Shown here: positions 1 through 11,741 of the stretch, piece after piece
How the letters are laid out: the number at the start of each line of letters is the position of its first letter
Numbering within the stretch: position 1 is the first letter of the stretch
Assembly (NCBI GenBank): GCA_951406725.2
Contig: OX597816.1
Location: forward strand, 14,198,001-14,262,000
Source: Octopus vulgaris
Taxonomy: Eukaryota
DNA: 64,000 bases
Direction of reading: 5' to 3'
Translations under genes and position numbers: made by a program
Notes under the pieces: model-generated
What the model was told of the DNA's origin: nothing
Databases searched by the model: none
The model's input: the letters and a program-made list of their open reading frames with translations, nothing else

Positions 1-654
1 AATTATTGACTAACAATCCTCCCCGATAAATCTGTGATTCTCTGCCAATGTATGAAATCAATATGCAAGAAATATATGCATAATTATACGCCCCCGCTCA
101 CACACATTTATGTATGTACATAGGCGTGCTAATGTGCGCGTGTGTGTTTGTATGTGTGTGCTGACCTTCCTGGTAAGTATGTATGTGTGTATACATTCTT
201 ACACTTTCTTGGCAAATTCTACATTCCCATCATAAATAACGTGTATCCACCTATCACTAAACAGATTGAGTCACTGACGGATAACACGTCTAAATTATAA
301 TTGATATATAATACTGAGGAATTTGATCTGTTCATTTGATTATATGTCAAACGATCGTAAGATGTTACTTCAGTTTGGTAGATTAATGAACAATACATAT
401 TCAAGAAATGATTGCAACGAGAAATCTTATATAACATATGTGTCTCCATGCATTTCTTAGAAATCGTTCGGCTTTCTATAATTTCCGGTCAGATTTTATG
501 TCGATAACACATTAACGCCTTCTTTATTACACGACTGTTGTATCATGAAAGCTAGAGCTTCTCTTCAGTGCAATAAATTATATCATCACTTTGCCAGTCG
601 CTTTAAGTATCAACAATGGAAACTTCAGTTCTATATTTAAGAGATGAGGAATTA

Positions 655-761
655 TGTACATTATTTACATTATTTACATCATTTACATTTGACGGATATT
701 TGTTCTCATCTTGTTTGTTGTTAACACAACGTTTCGGCTGATATACCCTCCAGCCTTCATC
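655..761 (-). mobile_element. Penelope-like element 3' fragment with truncated hammerhead motif
   Basis: The minus strand reads GATGAA-GGCTG-(10 nt)-CAGCC-GAAA-CG-TT-GTG, then ends in a (TAATGTAAA)-type repeat tail. The first two core bases are missing at a TA run. Confidence 0.55.
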
Positions 762-1119
762 TATATATGTAATACAAAAATGTGATGAGTACGCAAAACA
801 TCCAGACAGACGATACAAGGAAAACAAGGACGAGTCATTCGGAGTTTTCTTTCCTCAGTCGAGTTTCAGATTATCTTTGCAATTTCGGCTGGTATACTCG
901 AGATTGCTCCAATCTGGCCAGCCCCAAGGAAAAACTAAGCTATGAGCACTGGATTCCTTAGAAGAAAGTATCGAATGTATACGAAAACAAGGATGGAAAT
1001 AAAACGGAGAAAAGTTACACAAATACAAATAACAGGACAGTAACAACGGTTGAATTTCGACTAAGGACGAATTAAATCAAGCTGGCGTGTGTGGAAAATA
1101 AAACTTTACGGCAGGGATT

Positions 1120-1260
1120 CTCTTAGTTTCCGTCTACCAAATCCACTCACAAAGCTTTGGTCAGCCCGAAGCTATAGTAGAATGCACTTGCCCAAGGTGC
1201 CACGCAGTGGGACTGAACCCGGAACCATGTGGTTGGGAAGCTAGCTTCTTATCACAGTCA
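1120..1260 (-). mobile_element. SINE family A, head fragment
   Basis: Matches the 5' half of the full copies (e.g. 44441-44825). Confidence 0.75.
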
Positions 1261-1604
1261 CACGAAATTTCTTCCGACTTTATGTTTCACCTTTTCAAAG
1301 CCGTAAAAATGAGTACAAGACGATCACTGGGGGTGATGTAATCGTTTGAACCCCCACCCCGCTCCACTATCAACAAAATGTCAGGCCTTGTGCCTAAAGG
1401 GAAAATAATTATCGCGATTAGATAAATCAGTTAAGACCGAAGAACTGTTTGTTCTTCTCCATCTTGAAGAACGACAGGACTTTTCTTTTCCAATCTAACA
1501 GAGACATAGAAGCAGACGCGTAGACAGATAGCAATACATATATATCTTGTAAGTGACTGTGTATGTTGTATGTGTGCTGTGTGTATGCGTGTGTTATATA
1601 ATTC

Positions 1605-2182
1605 ATTCTTCTATAGGCACAAGGCCTGAAATTTGTGGGTAGGGGACTAGTCGATGACATCAACCCCAATGTTTCACTGGTACTTAATTTATTGATCCCG
1701 AAAGGAGGAACGGCAAAGGCGACCTCGGCGTAATTTGAACTCAGAACGTAGCGACGGACGAAATACCTATTTCTTTACTACCCACAAGGGGCTAAACACA
1801 GAGAGGACAAACAAGGACAGAGGAACCGATTAAGTCGATTACATGGACCCCAGTGCGTAACTGGTACTTAATTTATTGATCCCGAAAGGAGGAACGGCAA
1901 AGTCGACCTCGGCGGAATTTGAACTCAGAACGCAGCGACGGGCGAAATACCTATTTCTTTACTACCCACAAGGGGCTAAACACAGAGGGGACAAACAAGG
2001 ACAGATAAACGGATTAAGTCGATTATATCGACACCAGTGCGTAACTGGTACTTATTTAATCGACCCCGAAAGGATGAAAGGCAAAGTCGACCTCGGCGGA
2101 ATTTGAACTCAGAACATAACCGCAGACGAAATACCTCTAAGCATTTCGCCCGGCGCGCTAATGATTCTGCCAGCTTACCGCT
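1605..2182 (-). mobile_element. SINE family B (tRNA head + Meta-like domain), tandem array of 3 bodies
   Basis: The minus strand carries GCCTTTCATCCTTTCGGGGTCGAT..AAGTACCAG, resembling the MetaSINE domain. Unit period is 184 bp (AAATAC at 1761, 1945, 2129). Confidence 0.85.
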
Positions 2183-2483
2183 TTGTTCGTATCATATAAT
2201 GTGGTTGTGACGCAGTTTTTATTAAGCTGCAACAGATGCTTTATGACTCGTATTTGGTGCACCAGACTGTTACAGACCATCCCATTTTTAGACTTCTCAA
2301 TATGGCTGTAAATAGCATTTATAATATATTACATAATACCTGTTGAGTGTGGTTAAGCGGATCCATCACAAATAACAATGGAAACATTGTTGTACAGAAT
2401 TGTGTTCGTTCGATACGACGACGGTGTTTGCACGGCATGTGTACATGTGTGTGCATGTATGTAGCTAAAAATACTTCTGTTTC

Positions 2484-2553
<70 letters not shown>

Positions 2554-2589
2554 ACACACACACACACTGATATATATATATAAATATGT

Positions 2590-2760
2590 GGCGCAGGAGT
2601 GACTGTGTGGTAAGTAGCTTGCTTACCAACCACATGGTTCCGGGTTCAGTTCCACTGCATGGCACCTTGGGCAAGTGTCTTCTACTATAGCCTCGGGCCG
2701 ACCAAAGCTTTGTGAGTGGATTTGTTAGACGGAAACTGAAAGAATCCCGTCGTATGTATG

Positions 2761-2806
<46 letters not shown>

Positions 2807-3031
2807 TGTGTGTGTGTGTATGCTTTTGTGTCTGTGTTCGTCTCCCCAACATCGCTTGATGACCAATGGTGGTGTGTTTACGTCCCCGTAACTTAGCGGT
2901 TTGGCAAAAAATGCCGATAGAATAAGTACTAGGCTTCCAAAGAATAAGTCCTGAGGTCGATTTGTTCGACTAAAGGCGATGCTCCAGCATGGCCGCTGTC
3001 AAATGGCTGAAACAAATAAAAGAGTAAAGAG
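2590..3031 (+). mobile_element. SINE family A (tRNA-derived, CORE-like, internal (TA)/(TG) microsatellite), full length
   Basis: A-box-like GTGACTGTGTGGTAAG, B-box-like GGTTCAGTTCC, CORE-like ACCTTGGGCAAGT, and an (AGTAAAAG)-type tail. More than 20 copies occur in the window. Confidence 0.9.
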
Positions 3032-3069
3032 TATATAGATGTAATGATGGTAGTATCTCGTAGTCCCAG

Positions 3070-3577
3070 GAAGATTGCATGACAGACCTTCACTATTGGG
3101 GTCGACTAGAAAAGCTCAAGCTTTATTTCCTCCAACACTGCTGTGGGCGCTACATCACCTGCCTGATGTGTAGAATATTCCATCAGCATTGTCCATTTGA
3201 TGTTGGTATCACCTTTAAGATACACCCAAGACTTGGGCCCCGTGCTATCTGCCTACAACATAAATCATACTTGCATGACGCAATTATTTCACCTCAGTAT
3301 GGCGCAATAATTTCACCTCAATTGGCCCCGCTCTCTTTAACATTAAACAAAAACACATTAAAGCAGAAACAGACCCCATAAAGTTCAAGAAGTTTTTGGA
3401 CAAATTCGTTCAAAAACTCCCGGATAAATCTTCTACACCCGGATATGTCTCCGTAAACAATAATTCTTTCCTCGAGTGGGTCATGTTGTCCGATTCCCAA
3501 TTTGAATGACTTTGCCAGGTAGTGCTATTAAGTTAGACATGGTCTGGGCCAATACTGGCCGAAACCTATCAAAGTAT
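3070..3577 (+). pseudogene. CR1-like LINE 3' fragment
   Basis: Translates to LHYWGRLEKLKLY, a typical post-RT motif. The 3' end GTGCTATTAAGTTAGACATGG..CGAAAC.TATC is shared with the LINE at 47100-49030. Confidence 0.75.
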
Positions 3578-3624
3578 ATATATATATATATGTATACACA
3601 CACAAACACAACGACCTCGAACCC

Positions 3625-3847
3625 ACAAGAGTAAACAAGAGAGACAGAGACAAGCAGAAACAAGGAAAATGCCCCTTGTATTTGAACACTATACAAATAT
3701 TCTTTGAAAAAAACTTTTCTTTTAATTTTTCTAAATTTAATTATTTAATTGGTACAGTTGAAAAGGTCTCAAAATGACTGAAACCGGTACTGAAATGTCC
3801 TTTTATAAAATTAGTTTAGCATTTTCCATCTCGACTTTTTTCCCCCA
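3625..3847 (+). mobile_element. PLE-type non-coding repeat fragment carrying a minimal hammerhead motif
   Basis: A homologous copy lies in reverse at 31543-31714. It is flanked by TA/CA tracts and contains the HHR-like motif at 3755-3792. Confidence 0.6.
3755..3792 (+). ncRNA. Putative minimal type-I hammerhead ribozyme (U3-A8 variant)
   Basis: CAG-TTGAAAA-GGTC-tcaaaat-GACT-GAAA-CCGG-TA-CTG gives stem I CAG/CTG, stem II GGTC/GACT and a palindromic CCGG loop III. Confidence 0.55.
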
Positions 3848-4149
3848 TATATATATATATATATATATATACGTACACGCACATACGCATATATAAATGC
3901 ATGTGTGCGCACGTGTGTCTTGTGTTCATTTTTGTCCACCACCTAAACACTCGGCAACCGGTGTTGGTTTGTTCACGTCCCCATAAATTAGCAGTTCGGC
4001 TAATGACGCTGATAGAATAAGTCCTGGTGGAGTGTGGGGTTGGTGGTCGATGTTCAGGCTCGAGTCCAATGACTGCAACAAGCAAAAGTTAAAAAATAAA
4101 AAGATACCTATTCATATGTTATTTGAATTTGAAAAAACGGAACGTGGGG

Positions 4150-4275
4150 CTGTACTCTAGGTACTCTACTCCAGTTGGTGTATTCTTAAAGCTGTACTCT
4201 ACTTGCTGACCCTAATAGCCTTACACTAGTGGCAGTACTCTTGTTGCTGTACTCTGATTGCTGTACTCTAGTGGT
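4150..4275. repeat. Degenerate minisatellite (GCTGTACTCT motif)
   Basis: About 6 spaced copies of (GCT)GTACTCT. Confidence 0.55.
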
Positions 4276-4407
4276 TGTTCTTATTGGTGTTTAATTCCAC
4301 ATCAATGGTAAACGAGCAAACTTAGGATAAAAGGGATTTCCAGCCATGACCATCCCGTTTTATATATTTATTTATACTTAATATATCACGGGTTATATTA
4401 TGTCTCT

Positions 4408-4814
4408 CTCTTTTACTCTTTTACATGTTTCAGTCATTTGACTGCGGTCATGCTGGAGCACCGCCTTTAGTCGAGAAAATCGACCCCGGGACTTATTCTT
4501 TGTAAGCCCAGTACTTATTCTATCGGTCTCTTATGCTGAACCGCTAAGTGACGGGGACGTAAACACACCAGCATCGGTTGTCAAGCAATGCTAGGGGTAC
4601 AAACACAGACACACAAACACATACACATACATATACATATATATACATATATACGACAGGCTTCTTTCAGTTTCCGTCTACCAAACCCACTCACAAGGCA
4701 TTGGTCGGCTCGGGGCTATAGCAGAAGACAGTTGCCCAAGGTGCCACGCAGTGGGACTGAACCCTGAACCATGTGGTTGGTTAGCAAGCTACTTACCACA
4801 CAGCCACTCCTACG
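4408..4814 (-). mobile_element. SINE family A, full length
   Basis: Reverse complement of the family A consensus. Confidence 0.9.
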
Positions 4815-5722
4815 TCTCATTGATTTTAAGTCACATTCTTACATCTTTTACTTGCTTCAATAATTTGATTACGGCAATGCTGGAGCATTTCCTAGAGGAA
4901 GAAAATTAGAAAGAAAATTTGAAAATTAGAAATTAGAAGAAAATTAGAAATAGAAGAAGAAAGTTAGAATTTGCGTCTCAGCTTTGCACAGGTGTCACAA
5001 GAGAATTTGTGTGCTATTTCTAGCATAGCAAATGACCACATACAGGTTCGTTTTTTGGTTTATGACTTGAGGTGTCGTCTCCTGACGGTGTTAGAAAGTG
5101 CATCTTATAGAAGAGTACAGATTACACCAATTAGTATCTGTATAGGCGCGTGAATGTGTGTGTGTGTGTGAAAGAGAGTGTATAGGCCAAAGTACGAGAG
5201 ATGGTGGTGGCGGTGGTGGCGTATGTGGTGGCGGCGGTGGTGCCGGGGTAGGTGGGTAAATAAGGTATGCAGGATTTGGTGGTAATGACCGTTAATTACA
5301 GATCACCAGAAGTGGTTTGTTCGGCTTCCAAGGTTCCGCACCTGTTCGGCATCGATTGACCTAATTGTTTTTGGCAAATTGGATTTCTTGTTCTTCTGTT
5401 TTTTAGTTCTTTTGTTCTTCTGTGTGTGTATACGTATGTATGTATGTATGTATGTATGTATGTATGTATGTATGTATGTATGTATGTATGTATGTATGTA
5501 TGTATGTATGTATGTGAGTGTGTATGTATGTACGTATGTATACGTATATATATATATACATATATATATATATGCGTGTAAGTGCAAGTGTGTGTGTATG
5601 TATATGCATGTAATGTATGTATATATGTGAGTATGAATGTGTGTATATGTGCGTCGTCCAATAATACTATTTTTGTTCCACGTCCTCGCGTTGTTATGTT
5701 TTTTGTGCTTTCTTGTTTGGAT

Positions 5723-5780
<58 letters not shown>

Positions 5781-5788
<8 letters not shown>

Positions 5789-6089
5789 TAAATTAGAGAC
5801 AAAACCACTATTAGGCAAATCAAACAATGAAAGACTTAAGCCAATACATATGATTAATTTATATTATTTAAATATGTATATTAATTATATTTTTTAATAA
5901 TTTTAATAATTTTGTTACATATTTAAATAATATAAATTAATCATATGTGTTGGCTTAAGTCTTTCATTGTTTGATTTGCCTAATAGTGGTTTTGTCTCTA
6001 ATTTAATATAATATAATATTTTACTATAAAATTGGATTCAATCCTAAATCTGATTTTTCCCTGTCAGTTTGGATTTATTCCCTAATATT

Positions 6090-6090
<1 letters not shown>
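5781..6090. repeat. Fold-back element in (TA)n: ~98-bp arms (5781-5878 / 5916-6013) plus ~75-bp tail
   Basis: The arms are reverse complements with 1 visible mismatch. (TA)n lies on both sides. Confidence 0.9.
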
Positions 6091-6128
<38 letters not shown>

Positions 6129-6172
6129 AGCATGCATATATATGTGTGTGTGCGTCTGCGTGAATGTTTGCA

Positions 6173-6258
<86 letters not shown>

Positions 6259-6308
6259 TATGTATGTAGGTATGTAGGAATGAATGTCTATATATAAATG
6301 TATGTATG

Positions 6309-6364
<56 letters not shown>

Positions 6365-6439
6365 CGTGTAAATGTGAGCATGTATGTATGTATATGTGTG
6401 TAATGTATGTATATATGCGCATGTGTGGGTATGTACGTA

Positions 6440-6670
6440 TTTCATTTTGGGATTTGGTTTGCAAGATTCTTTATGTGAGTTCGTGTGCTGAAGCATATTT
6501 TGTGTCTGGGGAGAGCCATTCTCTTTTAGTGCCTTATTATTTAACACACTCACTGGTAAAGTTTCCAAAAGTTTAGAAAAAATAGATAAGTAAATGAATG
6601 GAAACTTTACCAGTGAGTGTGTTAAATAAAAAGGCACTAAAAGAGAATGACCCTCCGCAGGCACAACAAG
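6440..6670. repeat. Fold-back element: ~51-bp arms (6517-6567 / 6599-6649) plus ~75-bp unique leader
   Basis: CATTCTCTTTTAGTGCCTT..GTAAAGTTTCCA and its reverse complement, between TA/TG and CA tracts. Confidence 0.85.
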
Positions 6671-6674
6671 ATGT

Positions 6675-6712
<38 letters not shown>

Positions 6713-6949
6713 CATACTTAATTCATTAAAATTATTAGCACATTAAATTAGTTAGCCTCGTTTTCGATATTTCCTGTGTCATTAACCATAATAATACACT
6801 TATCATAACTATAATAATAATTTTATCGTAACTTTTAATTTTGGGGATAAAAATAAATTAGTATTATACGTATTCTCTTTTTTCATAACTGTATACCTAC
6901 TTTTACACCACTGTGTATATGCACACGCACACACACACACATATATATA

Positions 6950-7070
6950 TCACCGTGATCACCGTGACCTACCAGGCTATCAGATGTTGCTACACATCGC
7001 TGATCACTATGCGCTTCGCATTGTTTCAGCCTTCAAATGACGGCACCCCGCTAGCTATGCGAGCAGGCCA
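6950..7070 (-). mobile_element. Probable SINE 3' fragment
   Basis: Shares ACCCCGCT..CTA..GAGCAGG.CAA with the SINE at 59300-59530. Confidence 0.45.
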
Positions 7071-7457
<387 letters not shown>

Positions 7458-8022
7458 CAATACCCGACAACGGATCACCCCACTCACCCGTATGTATATT
7501 AGTGTTCATCCGTGAAGTTTTTATCTCGATTTTTTTTCTGTCGAGGTCAATTTTCACGCTTATATGAGTAACGTCGCCAAAAATTAGGTCAGACGAGATG
7601 CCGATGTGCATATGTGCACGTAAACACACGGAACCTCGGACGCACACACACGCACACATGCATACACATATGTGCGTGTCTGTGTGTGTGTTCTTATTGC
7701 TGAATTTGTTATTAATAGAAATCTTGCTAAGCAATTGTTAAGCCATTGTTGGTTGTATACACATAGTTATGGATTGTTTGAAAGCTGCATGTTTGACATA
7801 GCTTCCATATCTGACAAGTTACCTGTCAGAAACGCGACGGAAAATATTCTTTCACGTGACTTGATTTGTAAAACTCTTACATAACACTATCACCCTCTTT
7901 CTCTTCCTCAGTCTGTCTGCCTGTCTGTCTGTGTCTCCCTCACCCTCATTTCCGCCTCCTCTCTCTTTCTCGTTTTAAGTATCTGATATATATACATATA
8001 CATATATATATACGTATGTATA

Positions 8023-8095
<73 letters not shown>

Positions 8096-8104
8096 GTACA
8101 TATA

Positions 8105-8158
<54 letters not shown>

Positions 8159-8250
8159 CCGTTCTGTGTGTGTGTGTCTTCTAGGATCTCGGGCATCCTC
8201 CATCCGATTGCGCTCAAATTTGATATGTAGATACCGACGGTATCAGGGCC

Positions 8251-8287
<37 letters not shown>

Positions 8288-8291
8288 ATGT

Positions 8292-8335
<44 letters not shown>

Positions 8336-8338
<3 letters not shown>

Positions 8339-8672
8339 GGTGCATGGCTCAGTGGTTAGAGCGTCGAGCTTACGATCGTGAGGTTGTGAGCTCGAATCCC
8401 GGACCGGGCTGCGTGTTGTGTTCCTGAGCAAGGCACTTTATTTCACGTTGCTCCAGTTCACTCAGCTGTAGAAATGAGTTGCGACGTCACAGGTGCCAAG
8501 CTGTATCGACCTTTGTCTTTCCCTTTGGATAACACTGGTGGCGTGGAGAGGGGAGGCCGGTATGCATGGGCGACTGCTGGTCTTCCATAAACAACCTTGC
8601 CCGGACTTGTGTCTAGGAGGGTAACTTTCTAGGTGCAATCCCATGGTCTGTGTCGTGACCGAAGGGGGTCTC
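8336..8672 (+). mobile_element. SINE family D (tRNA head, V/CORE-like TGTGTTCCTGAGCAAGGCAC)
   Basis: TGGCTCAGTGGTTAGAGC A box and GAGCTCGAATCCC B box, followed by a non-tRNA body. Confidence 0.8.
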
Positions 8673-8906
8673 CGAATATATACATATATATATATATATA
8701 CATACATATATATGCAGGATCGAGTTTTAAATTAACGATCTTATCCTTATTTATATAAATTTATATATTTATTTTGTCATTATATTCACTGCGGTGTTTA
8801 TTCTGACCATATCCCACGAGGAGTTATAGGCAGGCAATTTGAACTGGTCGTGTGCATATATGCATATATATGTATGCATACGTTCGTATATATAAGTATT
8901 CGTATG

Positions 8907-8976
<70 letters not shown>

Positions 8977-9004
8977 GTATGTATTTACGTTACTCTCTGT
9001 GTAT

Positions 9005-9062
9005 ATTCCACTGATGAGGCAAAGCATTTCTTATGCAAAGCCAGAAATCCGTGATCTGGAAT
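9005..9062 (+). ncRNA. Putative type-I hammerhead ribozyme
   Basis: ATTCCA-CTGATGA-GGC..GCAT-ttctt-ATGC..GCC-a-GAAA-T-ccgtg-A-TC-TGGAAT. It has a 6-bp stem I, a canonical CUGAUGA core and a 1-bp stem III. Confidence 0.6.
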
Positions 9063-9283
9063 TATCCAGTAATTTTTTTGCTAGTTTATTTTGTTCTTTT
9101 GCCTTCTCTCCTGGTGCTGTATGAACATTTAATGTGGTTTTAGAGTCAGGTTTTGGCTGCTATTTCCAGCGTGGAGGTATCTCTTAGATACCCTAAATTA
9201 TAATTTTAATAATAATTATTGCCTTTGAAAGTTTTTTATTTCCATGCTGGCCACTTGATAAGATCGATATTTAAATTAAGGAT

Positions 9284-9360
<77 letters not shown>

Positions 9361-10356
9361 ATGTATGTATATCCACATTTTCTTACAAGTCTTCTTCCTA
9401 TTGTTAACGCATGTTGCATTGGGAAATTTATGAGAGTAATCTGACCTCTTAGTATTTTACGAGTTAGACATGGATCAACGCTGATATAGAAGAAAAATCC
9501 TTTGTTTGGCCTGTTTCTTCCTGTTTAGGAAGAATATAAATACTCAACCAAAGATCAGTTCTTTCTTTCTTTGGTCGCTAGGTCGCTGGTCAGAGAATAT
9601 ATCTCTTTCTCACTGCAAAGATGGTCTTTCCTCTCACAACAACACAACTCTTAATCTTTCTATATGCCGAGATTTTCTTACTCTTTCTCTCCCTAGAAGT
9701 CACTTACAGACGATGCTAACTTCCAAAGAGGATGAATTATAGAACAACAAATAACCTGTGTACACAGACGACTCGAAGTATTTGTAACTTACGGTGTAAC
9801 GACGATAATAACGCTATAAATAAAGAGACATCTCAGCAATCAATTCCTATCTTCTATCAATTATTTGCTGCATATTATTGTGAAACATGGCCGTTATAAT
9901 TGGTGGCCTCTGATGTTTATAAATCGTTAAACTTGATCGTTACAAACACATTATCAGCGGAAGAAGAATGTTCGGGAAAACCATTTACTGAAAGCTTTGT
10001 AGATCTATCTAACCAGTAAAGTCTTTGCTATTAATGTGAAGGAAATCATAATTGTTTTAGAAATGAACTGATCCAAACAATGGAATGAAAATAATTATTC
10101 TGTTGGGTTGTTAGAATATATTCGTTTGTTTATTTCTACTTGGAACTCCAGTGTCATATGTCTGTGAAGGGGTAAGATTTATATTAAAATTTCAAAATCG
10201 ATAACAAAAGTTGAAGAGGAAGAATAGAGCTACAATAAGGTAAAAATTATTTTTGAGTTATTTCAAATAACATCGGAAAGGATTTACATAAATGGAGGGA
10301 GAAGAAAAATGAACGAACGCTGTCAGAACATTGTTATCTAACGTTACACGCAGTTT

Positions 10357-10797
10357 GGATCTTTTCGGTTTGAACGGCAGTTTTTTCTAGAGGTGTCATA
10401 TGAAATTGTCACCCATAATTATGACCCTAGTATCGATCTATTGCATTTCAATCTGTTTTAGGGTTAGGGTTATTTAGGGTTTGGGTTATGGGTGGGGGGA
10501 AGGGTATCTTTTTTTCTTCACAAATGTAAATAAACCCAATCTGTTTCTTAAACGAAGGACATATTCATACGGCACAGAATGTTTTTTACCTCAATAAACG
10601 TATCTGATTGGTTGAAATTGCAGAAATTGCAGAAATTGAAAAAAAAAAACAACAAATATCTTACAAACTATAGAATTTTCTCAATAAAGCCAAGAGAAAA
10701 AGATGTTTTTTAACACATTCTACCAGTATACGAAGTTTAAAATTTTTTAGTTACCTAGAAATTATGTTAAAAACTGCCGTTCAAACCGAAAAAATCC
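10357..10797. mobile_element. MITE with 28-bp TIRs, 8-bp TSD and internal TTAGGG-like repeats (Merlin- or hAT-like)
   Basis: TIRs are GGATCTTTTCGGTTTGAACGGCAGTTTT and AAAACTGCCGTTCAAACCGAAAAAATCC. TSD CGCAGTTT is at 10349-10356 and 10798-10805. Confidence 0.9.
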
Positions 10798-10989
10798 CGC
10801 AGTTTCCTTGTGGTAAAAAAAAAGTCATTCATGTAGCTTGCAATACTTTGGTGAGTTTGATTGGATGTAATCATTTGTGTGTTTATCTCTGCTATAAGCT
10901 GAACATATTTCGGTCGTATTGCACATCATAAAGAAATCATATTCATTCATTTATGTGTCTGTAACCCCACGGAGAAAATGGAATGAGTT

Positions 10990-11348
10990 TTCCACCCATC
11001 TAACACCCGTGGACATATTTACAAAGTAAGAAAACAGCACAGCTCCCATGACTTCAGGAAACATTTTTTCATGCTAAGAGTTGCTGAAGCATGGAACAAA
11101 CTGCCGGTATCAGTTATTAGTTGTCGAAGCACTGCATCCTTCAAAACTTCCATGCTTCCTGAGATTCGCCAACACTACACCTGATTTTCTCCCCTCCATA
11201 CACACACAAGCATGTATCTGACTCATACACTGTTCACTTTCCAGACATTTCTACATTACTGCATATACTCTATATGCACTTTCTGACAAGTTGTGGTGCA
11301 CCTGAGCAGTGTGTACAATTAATTTCATTATTATTATCATTATATTAT
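10990..11348 (+). pseudogene. CR1-like LINE 3' end with (ATT)n tail
   Basis: Translates to NTRGHIYKVRKQHSSHDFRKHFFMLRVAEAWNKLP, the CR1-clade TRGH...FF..RV...WN.LP terminus. Confidence 0.8.
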
Positions 11349-11649
11349 AACAGAATAACGGCGTCTGTAGGAGAGGTTGAGAAGATGAAGGAGGAAAGTG
11401 AGATAAAATGAATTAAAATGAAACAGAACCAGATAAAATGAAATAGAAAGTAAAAAAACAAAACAGTAAAAACTAATATAGTACAAGGAGGTAGGAGGGG
11501 GTTTAATGTTCGTCATAATTTTAGGGATATAAGAATTGTATGGGAAAGTCATGCACTCTAAGATATATAAAAAGGTTTGTGGATATGGAAGTAAATATAG
11601 AAGTAGATAGGTAGATGAATAAATAGACAGTCTGAAGAGGAGATATATA

Positions 11650-11685
11650 TATAGGTAGGTAGGTAGGTAGATAGGTAGATAGATG

Positions 11686-11741
<56 letters not shown>

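Noticed and set aside
780-1100. Minus-strand GGCTGG/CCAGCC-GAAA-TTGCAA hairpin (~878-924) as a hammerhead
   Set aside because: There is no CUGANGA-like core upstream. It is probably a repeat, but the ribozyme call is unsupported.
1605-2182. CRISPR-like array reading of regularly spaced repeats
   Set aside because: The units are whole ~184-bp SINE bodies without unique spacers, in a eukaryotic context with no cas genes.
8336-8410. tRNA gene candidates (also 17681 and 39988)
   Set aside because: They continue into repeated non-tRNA bodies, some with TSDs, so they are SINE heads.
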